A stretch of 56,442 nucleotides of DNA. Source: Verrucomicrobiales bacterium. GTDB taxonomy: Bacteria; Verrucomicrobiota; Verrucomicrobiia; Verrucomicrobiales; DEV007. The number at the start of each line of letters is the position of its first letter. Position 1 is the first letter of the stretch. Under the pieces are notes generated by a model. It was not told where the DNA came from. It did not search any database and saw nothing but the letters and a program-made list of their open reading frames with translations. The position numbers and the translations under genes were made by a program. The stretch is from contig JAAZZC010000239.1 in assembly GCA_014239335.1 (NCBI GenBank), positions 1-56,442 of the forward strand, in the 5' to 3' direction. This document shows positions 9,334 through 19,669 of this stretch, one piece after another.

Positions 9334-9454
9334 TAGAGGCTGTTGCTGCTCAGGGTTAAACAGTGTTGGTGACATTGGCCTTGATGCCGAACTCCTCGAA
9401 GGGTTTGATCAGTAAAAGCTAATTCGGTGACATTAAACTGATGACATTAAACTG

Positions 9455-10399
9455 TCAGACTTTGATGAGCTGACTCACGTGACTCTCGACAGCGTCCCCG
9501 AGCCCATCAATATTGTATCCTCCCTCAAGGATAGACACGAGCCTCCCGTCCGAATACTTATGAGCAACATCAAGGAGAACCTTAGTCAATTCGGTAAAAT
9601 TCTCATCAGTGAGCCTGAAATGACCAAGAGGGTCCCCGAGCCTAGAATCAAAACCGGCCGATATCAGAACAAGATCAGGTTTAAATTCTTCCATTGCCTC
9701 CATGAAGTCTTCACTGAAGAAAGGTCCCAGCTCTTTGAATCCTGAACCTGCCGGCATGGGCCGATTCATGGTCGATCCTTCGCCTTTCCCGTTACCGGTC
9801 TCATTATGAGCCCCGGTGCCAGGGTACCAGGGTGATTGATGGGTACTAAAATAGAAAACCGAACCGTCATTATAAAAAATGTCCTGAGTCCCGTTCCCGT
9901 GATGAACGTCCCAGTCAATGATAGCCACCTTCTCGGCCCCGTGCTTGGACTGGGCGTAACGGGCAGCAATGGCCACATTATTAAAGATGCAAAAACCCAT
10001 TCCACGGTCCGCTGAAGCATGATGGCCCGGGGGCCGGACCGCACAAAATGCATTATTACACTTTTTATCAAAAACGTTATCAATTGCGTTGAGCACTGAA
10101 CCGGTAGCCTGCGACGCTACCTTGTATGATTCCTTGCATACATTCGTGTCACCCGTACTCAACTCTTTTTTGCCTTCAGAAATGTCCTTCCTCACAGTGT
10201 CCAAGTACTGAGCAGTATGGCAGCCTAGGATCTCAGAATCTGTCGCATTCCTAAGATCAATTTTTAGACACTTTTCTGGAACTCCTCTTTTATTAAGAGC
10301 TTCAGTAATCGCTCGGTAGCGGGCCGCGGATTCCGGGTGCCCCGGACCAGTGTCATGTTTTTTGAATACCGGATCCAGTAGTAGAGCAGTCTTTGCCAT
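9455..10399 (-). CDS. Histone deacetylase-family (HDAC/AcuC-like) zinc amidohydrolase
   Basis: [31 protein letters not shown] and EGGY motifs. Confidence 0.9.
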   Translation of the reverse strand: MAKTALLLDPVFKKHDTGPGHPESAARYRAITEALNKRGVPEKCLKIDLRNATDSEILGCHTAQYLDTVRKDISEGKKELSTGDTNVCKESYKVASQATGSVLNAIDNVFDKKCNNAFCAVRPPGHHASADRGMGFCIFNNVAIAARYAQSKHGAEKVAIIDWDVHHGNGTQDIFYNDGSVFYFSTHQSPWYPGTGAHNETGNGKGEGSTMNRPMPAGSGFKELGPFFSEDFMEAMEEFKPDLVLISAGFDSRLGDPLGHFRLTDENFTELTKVLLDVAHKYSDGRLVSILEGGYNIDGLGDAVESHVSQLIKV

Positions 10400-10512
10400 G
10401 TTCAGATTCTAATTCAAATTCAGGGAACTGGCCAGAATGATCCTCAAAGCCTAGTAGAATCGCTTGCACATGAGCATCTTAAACCGGATAGTGCTAATGG
10501 TTTACAAGAGAA

Positions 10513-11829
10513 GTGGAAGAAAAAGAAAAACAACTGCGAATTGGTCTTGCTGGGCTAGGTAACGTCGGGACCGGCGTGTACAAGAATCTGCTCAAGAATC
10601 AGGAGCTATTGAGTGAGAGGACCGGAACGAATCTCATAGTCACAAAAATTGCGGTGCGGGACATTAACCGGAAACGGGACATCGAAGTCCCTAAAGAATT
10701 AATCACCGCGGACTGGAAAGAATTAATCGAAGACCCTAACATCGATGTGATTGTGGAGTTGATCGGAGGCGTGGACGAAGCCTTCAAGCTAATCAGCGGA
10801 GCGCTGAATGCGAACAAGGCCGTAGTCACAGGAAATAAGGCCGTTCTGGCGGAGCGTGGCAAAGAATTAATTGAGCTCTCAGAAAAGCAAAACGCTCCGC
10901 TCTACTGTGAGGCAGCCGTTGCCGGAGGAATACCAATCATCAAAGCAGTGAAGGAGGCTCTCATCGGAAACAGGATCGGATCCATCTATGGAATCATCAA
11001 TGGTACCTCGAACTATATTCTAACGAGAATGAACTCGGGAGGCATTGAATTTACTGAAGCCCTCGAAGAGGCAACAGAAAAAGGATACGCCGAGGCCGAC
11101 CCTTCACTAGACATCAATGGTTGGGACGCTGGCCACAAGGCGATCATTCTTGGATGGTTATCCTACGGGCAGTGGCTGAGGACCGAGGAGGTTTCTGTGA
11201 TGGGCATAGAGGACATTTCCCTAGACGATGTTGCCTTCGCAGATGATCTAGGATATGAGATTAAGCTGCTAGGAGTTATTAGGCAGGCGGAGAACGATGA
11301 ACGTATAGAGGTTCGAGTCTCCCCCAACCTGATCCCTAAAGACCATATTCTCTCTTCAGTGGATGGGGTCTTCAACGCGGTAGCCGTGCACGGAGACGTT
11401 GTAGGAGAAACCCTATTCTACGGAAGCGGTGCTGGGCAGGACGCGACTTCGAGCGCCGTCATCAGCGATCTGGCCGACGCCGCGGAGAATATCAATAATC
11501 GGGTAGGGTGCACTGGATTTGTCCCAAAAGGAGAGTTCGGCACTGTCCTACCTCTTTCTGAAACCATCTCACAATACTACTTACGGTTGAGCGTTGCTGA
11601 CAGGCCAGGTGTACTTGCCAAAATTGCAACCATTACAGCAAATCATGATGTGGGAATCCTTTCAGTAATTCAACCTGAGCCCGAATCCTCAACGGAACAT
11701 ATTCCTCTTGTACTTCTCCTGCATGATGCCAGTTATGGAACCGTGCAGGCGGCGCTTAAATCCATACTTGAACTCGATACAGTCGAGCCTGAACACACGC
11801 TCCTACGCGTGGAAACATTGGAACAATAA
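10513..11829 (+). CDS. hom: Homoserine dehydrogenase with a C-terminal ACT domain
   Basis: IGLAGLGNVGTG Rossmann motif, the INGTSNYILT...GYAEADPSLDINGWD core and an ACT-like tail. GTG start. Confidence 0.9.
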   Translation: MEEKEKQLRIGLAGLGNVGTGVYKNLLKNQELLSERTGTNLIVTKIAVRDINRKRDIEVPKELITADWKELIEDPNIDVIVELIGGVDEAFKLISGALNANKAVVTGNKAVLAERGKELIELSEKQNAPLYCEAAVAGGIPIIKAVKEALIGNRIGSIYGIINGTSNYILTRMNSGGIEFTEALEEATEKGYAEADPSLDINGWDAGHKAIILGWLSYGQWLRTEEVSVMGIEDISLDDVAFADDLGYEIKLLGVIRQAENDERIEVRVSPNLIPKDHILSSVDGVFNAVAVHGDVVGETLFYGSGAGQDATSSAVISDLADAAENINNRVGCTGFVPKGEFGTVLPLSETISQYYLRLSVADRPGVLAKIATITANHDVGILSVIQPEPESSTEHIPLVLLLHDASYGTVQAALKSILELDTVEPEHTLLRVETLEQ

Positions 11830-11842
11830 CCATTCAATAGCC

Positions 11843-13204
11843 TTGCGATTCCTTTCGACAAGAGGTTCGGCTCCTCCTCTTAATTTCACTGATGCGTTTG
11901 CCGCAGGACTCGCACCGGACGGGGGCCTCTATGTTCCGCAAAGACTACCATCAATTCAAGGACTCCTAGAAAAAGGACCAACACGGTATCCGGAACTGGC
12001 AGCCGAATTCTTTCAATTGTTAGATGATGACCATTCAAAAGAACAGACCAATGAACTCTTTGAAAAATCATACTCAAGCTTTGAAGATCCTGGAAACGCA
12101 GCACCACTAGTTGAACTCAGCGATAGCACTTACATTCTGGAATTATTTCATGGACCAACGTTCGCTTTCAAAGATTTTGGACTTCAACTCGTCGGCAACA
12201 TGTTCGAAGAACAAATTGCAAGGACAGGCAAAGCAATCAACGTCCTAGGAGCAACTTCAGGGGACACCGGATCAGCAGCCATTCATGGCCTCGCTGACAA
12301 GGAAGGCGCCCGCGTCTTCGTCCTGTATCCTGAAGGAAGAATTTCAGATATTCAGGAACGGCAAATGACATGCACTGGATCTGATAACATTTTTCCTATA
12401 GCCATTGAAGGATCTTTCGACGATGCGCAAAGGATAGTGAAAGACCTGTTCGAAGACCTCAATTTCAAGTACAGAGCCCGCCTCTCGGCAGTGAACTCCA
12501 TTAACCTGGCCAGAATATTAGCCCAATGCGTTTATTACATTCATGCATATAAGCAATTACCAAAGAAGCACAATGAGCACGTCCATTACGTTGTACCAAC
12601 CGGAAACTTTGGTAACGTTTTAGCCGGATGGTTAGCGGGCCAGATGGGATTACCAGCCGAACAGTTCACGGTAGCGACGAACCAGAATGATTTACTGTTC
12701 CGTTTATTTAGGGAAGGCATTTACGATCCAAGGACAGTGAACCCGTCCCTAGCACCTTCGATGGACATTCAGGTCGCATCAAACTTTGAACGTTTTCTTT
12801 ACTATCATCTCGGAGAAGAAGGCCAAAGCACTTCAGAGATAATGAAAGAAATCAAAAAAGGAAACGAAGTTATCATTCCTGAATTCGATGCTGGAAAATT
12901 CTCTGCTACACGAACCGATGATTCAGGCATCATTGAAAATATCCGTAAAGCCAAAGACCACTTCAATTATGTACCGGACCCGCACACGGCCTGTTGCTTT
13001 AATGAAGTGGCAAATAACCAGACAACTATCATGCTAGCCACAGCCCATCCGGCTAAGTTCCCAGAAACAATCAACGAGGCAATTAATGAGAGTCCCAAAC
13101 ATCCTATCCTCGAAAAACTCAGAAGCCGTACTCCTAAAAAAGAAAGATTACCGGCAAATACAGATGCAATTAGAGAATATCTGGAAGAGAATATTTTACA
13201 ATAA
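11843..13204 (+). CDS. thrC: Threonine synthase (long form)
   Basis: (M)RFLSTRGSAPPLNFTDAFAAGLAPDGGLYVP, the FHGPTFAFKDFG PLP-lysine motif and ATSGDTGSAA. I placed the start at TTG 11843, 13 nt after the hom stop. The track ORF from 11708 overlaps hom. Confidence 0.85.
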   Translation: MRFLSTRGSAPPLNFTDAFAAGLAPDGGLYVPQRLPSIQGLLEKGPTRYPELAAEFFQLLDDDHSKEQTNELFEKSYSSFEDPGNAAPLVELSDSTYILELFHGPTFAFKDFGLQLVGNMFEEQIARTGKAINVLGATSGDTGSAAIHGLADKEGARVFVLYPEGRISDIQERQMTCTGSDNIFPIAIEGSFDDAQRIVKDLFEDLNFKYRARLSAVNSINLARILAQCVYYIHAYKQLPKKHNEHVHYVVPTGNFGNVLAGWLAGQMGLPAEQFTVATNQNDLLFRLFREGIYDPRTVNPSLAPSMDIQVASNFERFLYYHLGEEGQSTSEIMKEIKKGNEVIIPEFDAGKFSATRTDDSGIIENIRKAKDHFNYVPDPHTACCFNEVANNQTTIMLATAHPAKFPETINEAINESPKHPILEKLRSRTPKKERLPANTDAIREYLEENILQ

Positions 13205-13275
13205 GACTCACTTTAGAACTTTAATATATTGAATTATTGTAAATAGTTGCCACTCAATTTTAATTAGAACGGGAC

Positions 13276-14493
13276 TTGTCACTCATAGTACAGAAATACG
13301 GAGGCACTTCAGTAGGTAACACTGAAAGGATTAATAGTGTCGCCAAGCGGATCCTTGAGACCCAAAAGGCAGGGCATCAGGTCGTGGCTGTGGTCTCCGC
13401 CATGGCCGGAGTCACTAATAGACTCATTGAAATGGCAAACGAGGTATCTCCAGACAATGAGCCTACGGACCGTGAAATGGATGTTCTCTTAGCTACAGGA
13501 GAACAAACGACTATTGCTCTGACTTCAATGGCAATTAACGCTATGGGTGGCAAAGCCATCTCATTGACCGGAGCACAGGCAGGAATTGTCACGGACGGAG
13601 ACCATACAAAAGCAAGAATATCAAATATTACACCGGACGAAGTTCATCGACTCCTCGATGAAAACCACATCGTCATTCTGGCCGGATTTCAGGGCCGGAG
13701 CCCGGATGGGCGCATTACTACACTCGGACGTGGCGGTTCAGATCTGACCGCTATAGCAATGGCGGCAGCCATAGATGCTGACTTATGTCAGATACTAACA
13801 GACGTTGATGGAGTCTACACATGTGACCCCCGTGTCGTACCCGAGGCTCGGAAAATTAATGAAATTTCGTATGATGAAATGCTGGAAATGGCTTCATCTG
13901 GCTCTAAGGTAATGCAGTCAAGATCCGTTGAGTTTGCCAAAAAGTTTGGCGTTAAGTTTGAAGTAAGAAGCAGCCTAAATGAAAACCCAGGAACAATCGT
14001 GACAGAAGAACACCCTAACATGGAATCCGTGGTCGTTCGTGGAGTAAGCATCGAGCGAGAACAGGCAAAGGTAACCATCGAAAATGTTTCCGATGAGCCG
14101 GGAGTCGCCGCGAAAATATTTCATGCAATTTCCGATTCGGGTGTCGTGATCGACATGATTGTGCAGAACGTCTCCAAAACGAATCAGACTGATATCTCGT
14201 TCACCTTGCACCGATCGGACCTGAAAAAGGCAAAACAAACGATAGATCCTATCCTTAAGGATCTGGGTAACGAATCCTCCATCGAAACGACTGACGGTAT
14301 TGGTAAACTTAGCGTGGTCGGAATTGGCATGCGCTCTCACTCCGGAGTCGCAGCTCAGATGTTTGCTGCCCTTGCAAATAATGGTATCAATATTCAAATG
14401 ATATCAACCTCAGAAATAAAAACTGCGGTCATCATCAAAGAAGAGGATCTTGAGCAATCTGCCAATATAGTCCATTCTGCTTTCAACCTTTAG
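13276..14493 (+). CDS. lysC: Aspartate kinase with tandem ACT domains
   Basis: (M)SLIVQKYGGTSVG, LGRGGSDLTA and C-terminal ACT repeats. TTG start. Confidence 0.9.
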   Translation: MSLIVQKYGGTSVGNTERINSVAKRILETQKAGHQVVAVVSAMAGVTNRLIEMANEVSPDNEPTDREMDVLLATGEQTTIALTSMAINAMGGKAISLTGAQAGIVTDGDHTKARISNITPDEVHRLLDENHIVILAGFQGRSPDGRITTLGRGGSDLTAIAMAAAIDADLCQILTDVDGVYTCDPRVVPEARKINEISYDEMLEMASSGSKVMQSRSVEFAKKFGVKFEVRSSLNENPGTIVTEEHPNMESVVVRGVSIEREQAKVTIENVSDEPGVAAKIFHAISDSGVVIDMIVQNVSKTNQTDISFTLHRSDLKKAKQTIDPILKDLGNESSIETTDGIGKLSVVGIGMRSHSGVAAQMFAALANNGINIQMISTSEIKTAVIIKEEDLEQSANIVHSAFNL

Positions 14494-14577
14494 CAGCTCA
14501 TTAACTCAATACATTTTTAAATAAAAAATCCCCAAAAAATAACCTAAGTCACTTAACCTAATAACAAGAAGTAAACA

Positions 14578-15546
14578 TTGTACAAGAGTCTCTTAATCAT
14601 CTTTGGGATAATTTATTTGGCGCCTACCGGGTTCAGCAAAAAGGCAATTGGGTACTTGCCTGAACCCTCAAAAAAAGACACTGAAACCATTCTCCGAATT
14701 CAGATATTTCTTGATGAGAAAATGTTTGGGCCCGGTAAGATTGATGGTCAGATGGGACAATTTACCCGCAAGGCAGTTGCCCATTACAATTTTGGATACG
14801 ATCTGAAATACGATAACTATTATAAGGTAATAAATGAATCAAATGCGGTTATTGATGAGCTCTTTACTACTTACACTATCAAGGAAGAGGATTTCAATTT
14901 TGTTGGAGAAGTCTCTTTTGAACCTTCTGAGCAGGCAGAAATTGATTACCTTTATTATAGATCAATACTTGAATTTGCAGCCGAACGTTTCCACTCTGAT
15001 GAAAAATACCTCACAAAAATAAATCCTGAAATAGATTGGGAAAAGGCAACCGCAGGTACTGTCATTAATGTTCCAAATGTGACTCCGTTTAAGATTGAAG
15101 ACATAAAAAAAGATAAGTCATTCCAACGGGAAAGAAAACTAAGTAAGCGACTAGTCATCGTGGATACAACTCAAAAGCTTGTAGCCATATGGGAAAAAAA
15201 GAAGATACTTGCTACATTTCCTATAACGCCCGGCCAAGAAAAATTCATTCATCGTGGTAGCTGGGTCATTCAAAATATGATAACTACCCCAACGTTCAGA
15301 TGGGATCAAAGCATGCTTGAAACAGGGAAACGCAGCAATGAAGCTCACCTACTGCCACCAGGCCCTAACAGCCCAATAGGAATTTTCTGGGCAGGATTAA
15401 ATAAGGGTGGGATCGGTCTGCATGGGACCTCCTCTCCCCACACAATTGGTCGGTCCAGAAGTGCCGGTTGCGTTAGACTGGCTAATTGGGACGTTGTCCG
15501 CCTTTCAAATCTAGTGAGACCTGGGGCAAAAGTGGAAATGCGCTAA
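14578..15546 (+). CDS. L,D-transpeptidase (YkuD domain) with a peptidoglycan-binding-like N-terminal region
   Basis: GIGLHGTSSPHTIGRSRSAGCVRL matches the HG...SxGCxR catalytic motif. GKIDGQMGQFTRKAV is PG_binding_1-like. TTG start. Confidence 0.8.
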   Translation: MYKSLLIIFGIIYLAPTGFSKKAIGYLPEPSKKDTETILRIQIFLDEKMFGPGKIDGQMGQFTRKAVAHYNFGYDLKYDNYYKVINESNAVIDELFTTYTIKEEDFNFVGEVSFEPSEQAEIDYLYYRSILEFAAERFHSDEKYLTKINPEIDWEKATAGTVINVPNVTPFKIEDIKKDKSFQRERKLSKRLVIVDTTQKLVAIWEKKKILATFPITPGQEKFIHRGSWVIQNMITTPTFRWDQSMLETGKRSNEAHLLPPGPNSPIGIFWAGLNKGGIGLHGTSSPHTIGRSRSAGCVRLANWDVVRLSNLVRPGAKVEMR

Positions 15547-17079
15547 CTAGCCACGCTTTCTCCATGGCTGGGAACTTTTAGATACGGGTCTTCTCTGCTT
15601 CTTAGATAACTGATCAGTTCCCTCAGCAAAGTCATACCAAACCTTTATAAGTTGATTCCTTAACTTTGGCCTGGACTTGGACAGATCCTTCAGTTCGGTC
15701 CGGTCTGCGACCATATCATAAAGTTCCCAAGGGCCGCCACGAGCCGAAACCACTTTCCATTTTCCTTTGCGGACTGCACGATTATTGCCAAAATGAAAAT
15801 ACAGAAACTCATGATCTTCTCGTTTCTCCCCCTCAATAATCGGTAAGAGGGATTTCCCCATTAATTTTGAGTTTGGATTCTTGTCAGGGTAATCAACCCC
15901 GGCCAGATCCATGCAGGTAGGCATAAAATCAACGAGATGCCCCACCTGATCTGTGATGGCACCTTTCTTTGTTTTTAAACCCTTCGGCCAATGAACGATC
16001 ATCGGGCTACTTATGCCACCCTCGTGTTGGTTCTGTTTGTACCAGCGAAAAGGTGTGTTACCCGCATGCGCCCAACCAGTATCGTAAGTCCAATAACTCT
16101 CAGGATCCCACGGCATCTTATCAGCGCCTCGTGTCCGCTCAAAAGGACAGGCCCCATTATCAGAACAAAACATAAATAAAGTATTTTCAAAAACACCAAG
16201 TGCTTTGAGCCTTTCAACAAGTTTCCCTATACCTTGATCCATTCGATCAACCATTCCTGCATAAGCGGCCATACGAAAGTCCTCCCAGTCCTTTTCTTTA
16301 TCAGTGAGATCATTCCATGGCCTAACGTTCTGAGGTCGCGGGCTCAATGGCCAGTCTTTTTTTATCAACCCGAGATGAAGTTGCTTATCATAACGTTTCT
16401 CTCGTAACCGGTCCCAGCCTCCCGTATACTTGCCGCGGTATTTCATGACTTCTTTCTTAGGTGCCTGAAGTGGGTAATGGGGGGCATTGTATGCGAGGTA
16501 CAAAAAGAAAGGCTTGTCCTTATCCTTCTTTAAACTCTCATTCACAAAACGAATTGCATAGTCCGTGTTCGCGTCCGTAGTATAAAAACCTTCCTTCGGA
16601 ACATCAAATTTCTTACCATCAAGTCGAAATGAGTCATCACCAGTAAAGAAATTAGTGGCACCGCTCAGATGACCAAAGTATCGACTGAATCCTTTATCAG
16701 TCGGCTCCTTTTCCAGATGCCACTTCCCTACCATCAATGTCTGATAGCCTGCAGGCCTGAGAACCTCGGCAATAGTTGGCCCATTGGACAATTTAGCAGA
16801 GCCTGCTTGCCCGCAATACATTCCGGTCAACAGATCCACTCTGGAGGAATGACACTTGGCTGTATTATAGAACTGAGAGAATCTGAGACCGTTCTCAGCT
16901 AAACTGTCTAGGACAGGGGTCTCGATCTCTCCGCCGTAACATCCCAGATCTGCAAATCCAAGATCATCGGCCATGATCAGAACAACGTTGGGCCTTCCAG
17001 ATGCATCTGAAATATCTGGCCACGCATAGCAATAAAGGAAAGCAATTAGCAGGAAAAGTTTTCTTATAAAATAGATCAT
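15547..17079 (-). CDS. Sulfatase, exported, with an atypical C-H-S-S-R motif
   Basis: NVVLIMADDLGFADLGCYG, AKCHSSRVDLLTG, GKWHL and CSDNGA. Confidence 0.85.
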   Translation of the reverse strand: MIYFIRKLFLLIAFLYCYAWPDISDASGRPNVVLIMADDLGFADLGCYGGEIETPVLDSLAENGLRFSQFYNTAKCHSSRVDLLTGMYCGQAGSAKLSNGPTIAEVLRPAGYQTLMVGKWHLEKEPTDKGFSRYFGHLSGATNFFTGDDSFRLDGKKFDVPKEGFYTTDANTDYAIRFVNESLKKDKDKPFFLYLAYNAPHYPLQAPKKEVMKYRGKYTGGWDRLREKRYDKQLHLGLIKKDWPLSPRPQNVRPWNDLTDKEKDWEDFRMAAYAGMVDRMDQGIGKLVERLKALGVFENTLFMFCSDNGACPFERTRGADKMPWDPESYWTYDTGWAHAGNTPFRWYKQNQHEGGISSPMIVHWPKGLKTKKGAITDQVGHLVDFMPTCMDLAGVDYPDKNPNSKLMGKSLLPIIEGEKREDHEFLYFHFGNNRAVRKGKWKVVSARGGPWELYDMVADRTELKDLSKSRPKLRNQLIKVWYDFAEGTDQLSKKQRRPVSKSSQPWRKRG

Positions 17080-17204
17080 GAGATATTAAGTTTTTAGAAT
17101 CAACTTCAGTAAATGAAATCTTAATCAAATAAAAAGACTATTAAAGATTTGAGTTTATTACTTGGCGCAACCAATTTGAAGCATTAGGTAATGATTACTA
17201 CCAA

Positions 17205-18566
17205 ATGATTCGCTTCCAAAGCCTCACTCGCAACATAGAAATTGGAGCGAATTGTTACCTTCTTAGCTTAGGGGATAAGCGAATTCTGATTGATTCAGGA
17301 ATGCACCCGAAAGCAGAATCAAAGGATGCTCTGCCTCAGTTCGATCGAATCCTTGATGAGCCCTTAGATGCGGCCATCCTTTCTCATGCACATCTGGACC
17401 ATTCAGGATCCTTGCCTGTCATCCAAAGACATTACCCAGAAATGCCGGTCTTCATGAGTGAAGCGACTGATGCCCTGGCCCAGGCACTACTGCACAATTC
17501 AGTGAATGTAATGACTTCCAAGAGGGAAGAACTTGGGATTAATGAGTATCCATTTTTCACTCACCGTGAAATTCACAAAGTGAATAGGCAATGGCATCCG
17601 CGAAGAAACGGTAGGAAATTTGAATTGCATGAGACTGGGGGCGCTTCATGTACTTTTTATGATGCCGGCCACATCATGGGAGCGGTCAGCCCCCTATTTG
17701 AATTTTCGGGAAAAAAAATACTGTATACGGGTGACGTTCACTTTGAGGATCAGAGCATTCTTAAGGGAGCGGACCTTCCAAGTGAAAGGATTGACGTTCT
17801 CATATTGGAATGCACCCGCGGCGGAGCTTCTCGGGACCCCGAATATACCAGATGGTCTGAAGCAGAAAAACTCGCATTGAGGATGGAAGAATGTCTCGAG
17901 GGAAAGGGTTCAGTCATGATCCCTCTATTTGCTATGGGAAGGACACAGGAAACAATCATGATGCTTCACGAACTTCAAAGGGCCAGAAAATTAAGGAACT
18001 CTTCATTCCTAATAGGTGGGCTCAGTATCAAAATGACAAAGATCTATGACAGATTTTCAAATCGTATTAGACGCAATCACCAAGGATTAAACCTGATGCG
18101 CGTGAAAGGCTTGCTATCTACCCCTCGGTTCAGGGGAGAACTTCCAAAACTAGAACAAGGTAACGTCTATACACTGTCTAGCGGAATGATGACAGAGAAG
18201 ACCATGTCAAATAGACTAGCTCAACAGTTCATCGCTAACCCCCGTAACCTTGTCGCCTGCGTCGGATATGCCGATCCTGACTCACCGATGGCAAGGCTCA
18301 TTGGATCAGAAAGAGGAGAAGAGGTACTGTTGGATTCAAAAAAAGAACCTGTTAAACGTCAATGCTCAGTGCAAAGTTTTGACTTCAGTGGGCACGCCCC
18401 GCGAGAGAGTCTAATTGAATATGCGGAATCAGTTCATCCTAAAAAAATTATTCTAGTGCACGGTGACAAAGAGGCCATCGAATGGATGAAGCAAAGACTA
18501 GGTCAACGGTTACCGGAAACAGAAGTAATCATTCCTGATCCAGGAAAAGAAATAGATTTAGAATAA
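17205..18566 (+). CDS. MBL-fold beta-CASP family metallo-hydrolase (RNA-metabolising type)
   Basis: The HAHLDHSGSLP motif, a beta-CASP-like middle region and C-terminal FSGHA...VHGD. Confidence 0.8.
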   Translation: MIRFQSLTRNIEIGANCYLLSLGDKRILIDSGMHPKAESKDALPQFDRILDEPLDAAILSHAHLDHSGSLPVIQRHYPEMPVFMSEATDALAQALLHNSVNVMTSKREELGINEYPFFTHREIHKVNRQWHPRRNGRKFELHETGGASCTFYDAGHIMGAVSPLFEFSGKKILYTGDVHFEDQSILKGADLPSERIDVLILECTRGGASRDPEYTRWSEAEKLALRMEECLEGKGSVMIPLFAMGRTQETIMMLHELQRARKLRNSSFLIGGLSIKMTKIYDRFSNRIRRNHQGLNLMRVKGLLSTPRFRGELPKLEQGNVYTLSSGMMTEKTMSNRLAQQFIANPRNLVACVGYADPDSPMARLIGSERGEEVLLDSKKEPVKRQCSVQSFDFSGHAPRESLIEYAESVHPKKIILVHGDKEAIEWMKQRLGQRLPETEVIIPDPGKEIDLE

Positions 18567-18579
18567 TTTTCCAGTCCCT

Positions 18580-19629
18580 CTATTCTGCAGAGAGTTGATC
18601 CTCTACCGCCTTTAGCCGGGATAATATATTTGGAAGTCTCCTTGGAAAAACCATTTCTTTTCGGACCCTCTCAATCGGACCGGCAGGGAAGCCAGAATAG
18701 AATGCAGGCTTACTAGGCTCTCCACCCGCCAAACTCTTCGTAACTCCGGTCCTCGCAACAAGCACAACATTGGACCCGATCTCTATGTGACCAGCCACAC
18801 CTACCTGAGCCGCCATTGTCACATTATCTCCAATCTTACAACTGCCTCCGATGGCCGTATCAGCAACAAAAATACAATTCTTACCTATGATAACATTATG
18901 CGCTACCTGGACCAGATTATCAAATTTGGTTCCTTGACCTATTAAGGTCTTTCCGAAACGGCCACGGTCTATTGTACAATTTGCTCCAATTTCGACATCG
19001 TCTTCGATTATCACGTAGCCAAAGTGTTCAATCTTTTGATGAGCTGATCCGTCATATTCAAACCCAAAACCATCAGAGCCAATGATACTTCCTCCATGCA
19101 CGATCACACGTTTTCCAATTCGTGAACGATCATAAATCACAACATTTGGATAAAAGTAACCATTCTCACCCACTTCCACATTGGAACCTATAATGACTCC
19201 AGCACCAATCGTAGTGCCTTCCCCTATCTTTGTTCTTGCACCAATGACAACATTCGGCCCTACGCTGACGGTGGCCGGATCTATTTGAACGTCCTCAGCA
19301 ATGACTGCACTAGGGTGGATCCCTTTCTCATATGAATCTGATTCTGAAGCGTACAGGTCCTTGGCAATTTCATTAAATGCCATGGATGGGCTCTTAACCT
19401 TAATGAGAGGAACATGACTAACCTCTTCATTAAACTCTAAGGAAACAAGAACGGCAGCAGCCTTAGTTGATTTTAGATCATTTAAGTAACGACCATCATG
19501 ATAAAAAGATAACTCGTCTGGGCCGGCCCCTGAAAGAGAAGCGAGCCCCTTTACCCCAATTTCTTTCTGGGCAGGGTTAATGACTTCAGCTTCAAGCTTA
19601 GCTATTATGTCGCAAAGTTTAATCTGCAC
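18580..19629 (-). CDS. lpxD: UDP-3-O-acylglucosamine N-acyltransferase
   Basis: LpxD-type N-terminal domain followed by long left-handed hexapeptide repeats. Sits in the classical bamA-skp-lpxD arrangement. Confidence 0.9.
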   Translation of the reverse strand: MQIKLCDIIAKLEAEVINPAQKEIGVKGLASLSGAGPDELSFYHDGRYLNDLKSTKAAAVLVSLEFNEEVSHVPLIKVKSPSMAFNEIAKDLYASESDSYEKGIHPSAVIAEDVQIDPATVSVGPNVVIGARTKIGEGTTIGAGVIIGSNVEVGENGYFYPNVVIYDRSRIGKRVIVHGGSIIGSDGFGFEYDGSAHQKIEHFGYVIIEDDVEIGANCTIDRGRFGKTLIGQGTKFDNLVQVAHNVIIGKNCIFVADTAIGGSCKIGDNVTMAAQVGVAGHIEIGSNVVLVARTGVTKSLAGGEPSKPAFYSGFPAGPIERVRKEMVFPRRLPNILSRLKAVEDQLSAE

Positions 19630-19669
19630 GGGTTGGAGGGGTTCCTCCTTTTATTAACGATGCACCCTA

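Noticed and set aside
11708-11842. 5' extension of the thrC ORF overlapping the end of hom by 122 nt
   Set aside because: The extension has no ThrC-like sequence. A TTG at 11843 gives the canonical MRFLSTRG N-terminus 13 nt after the hom stop.
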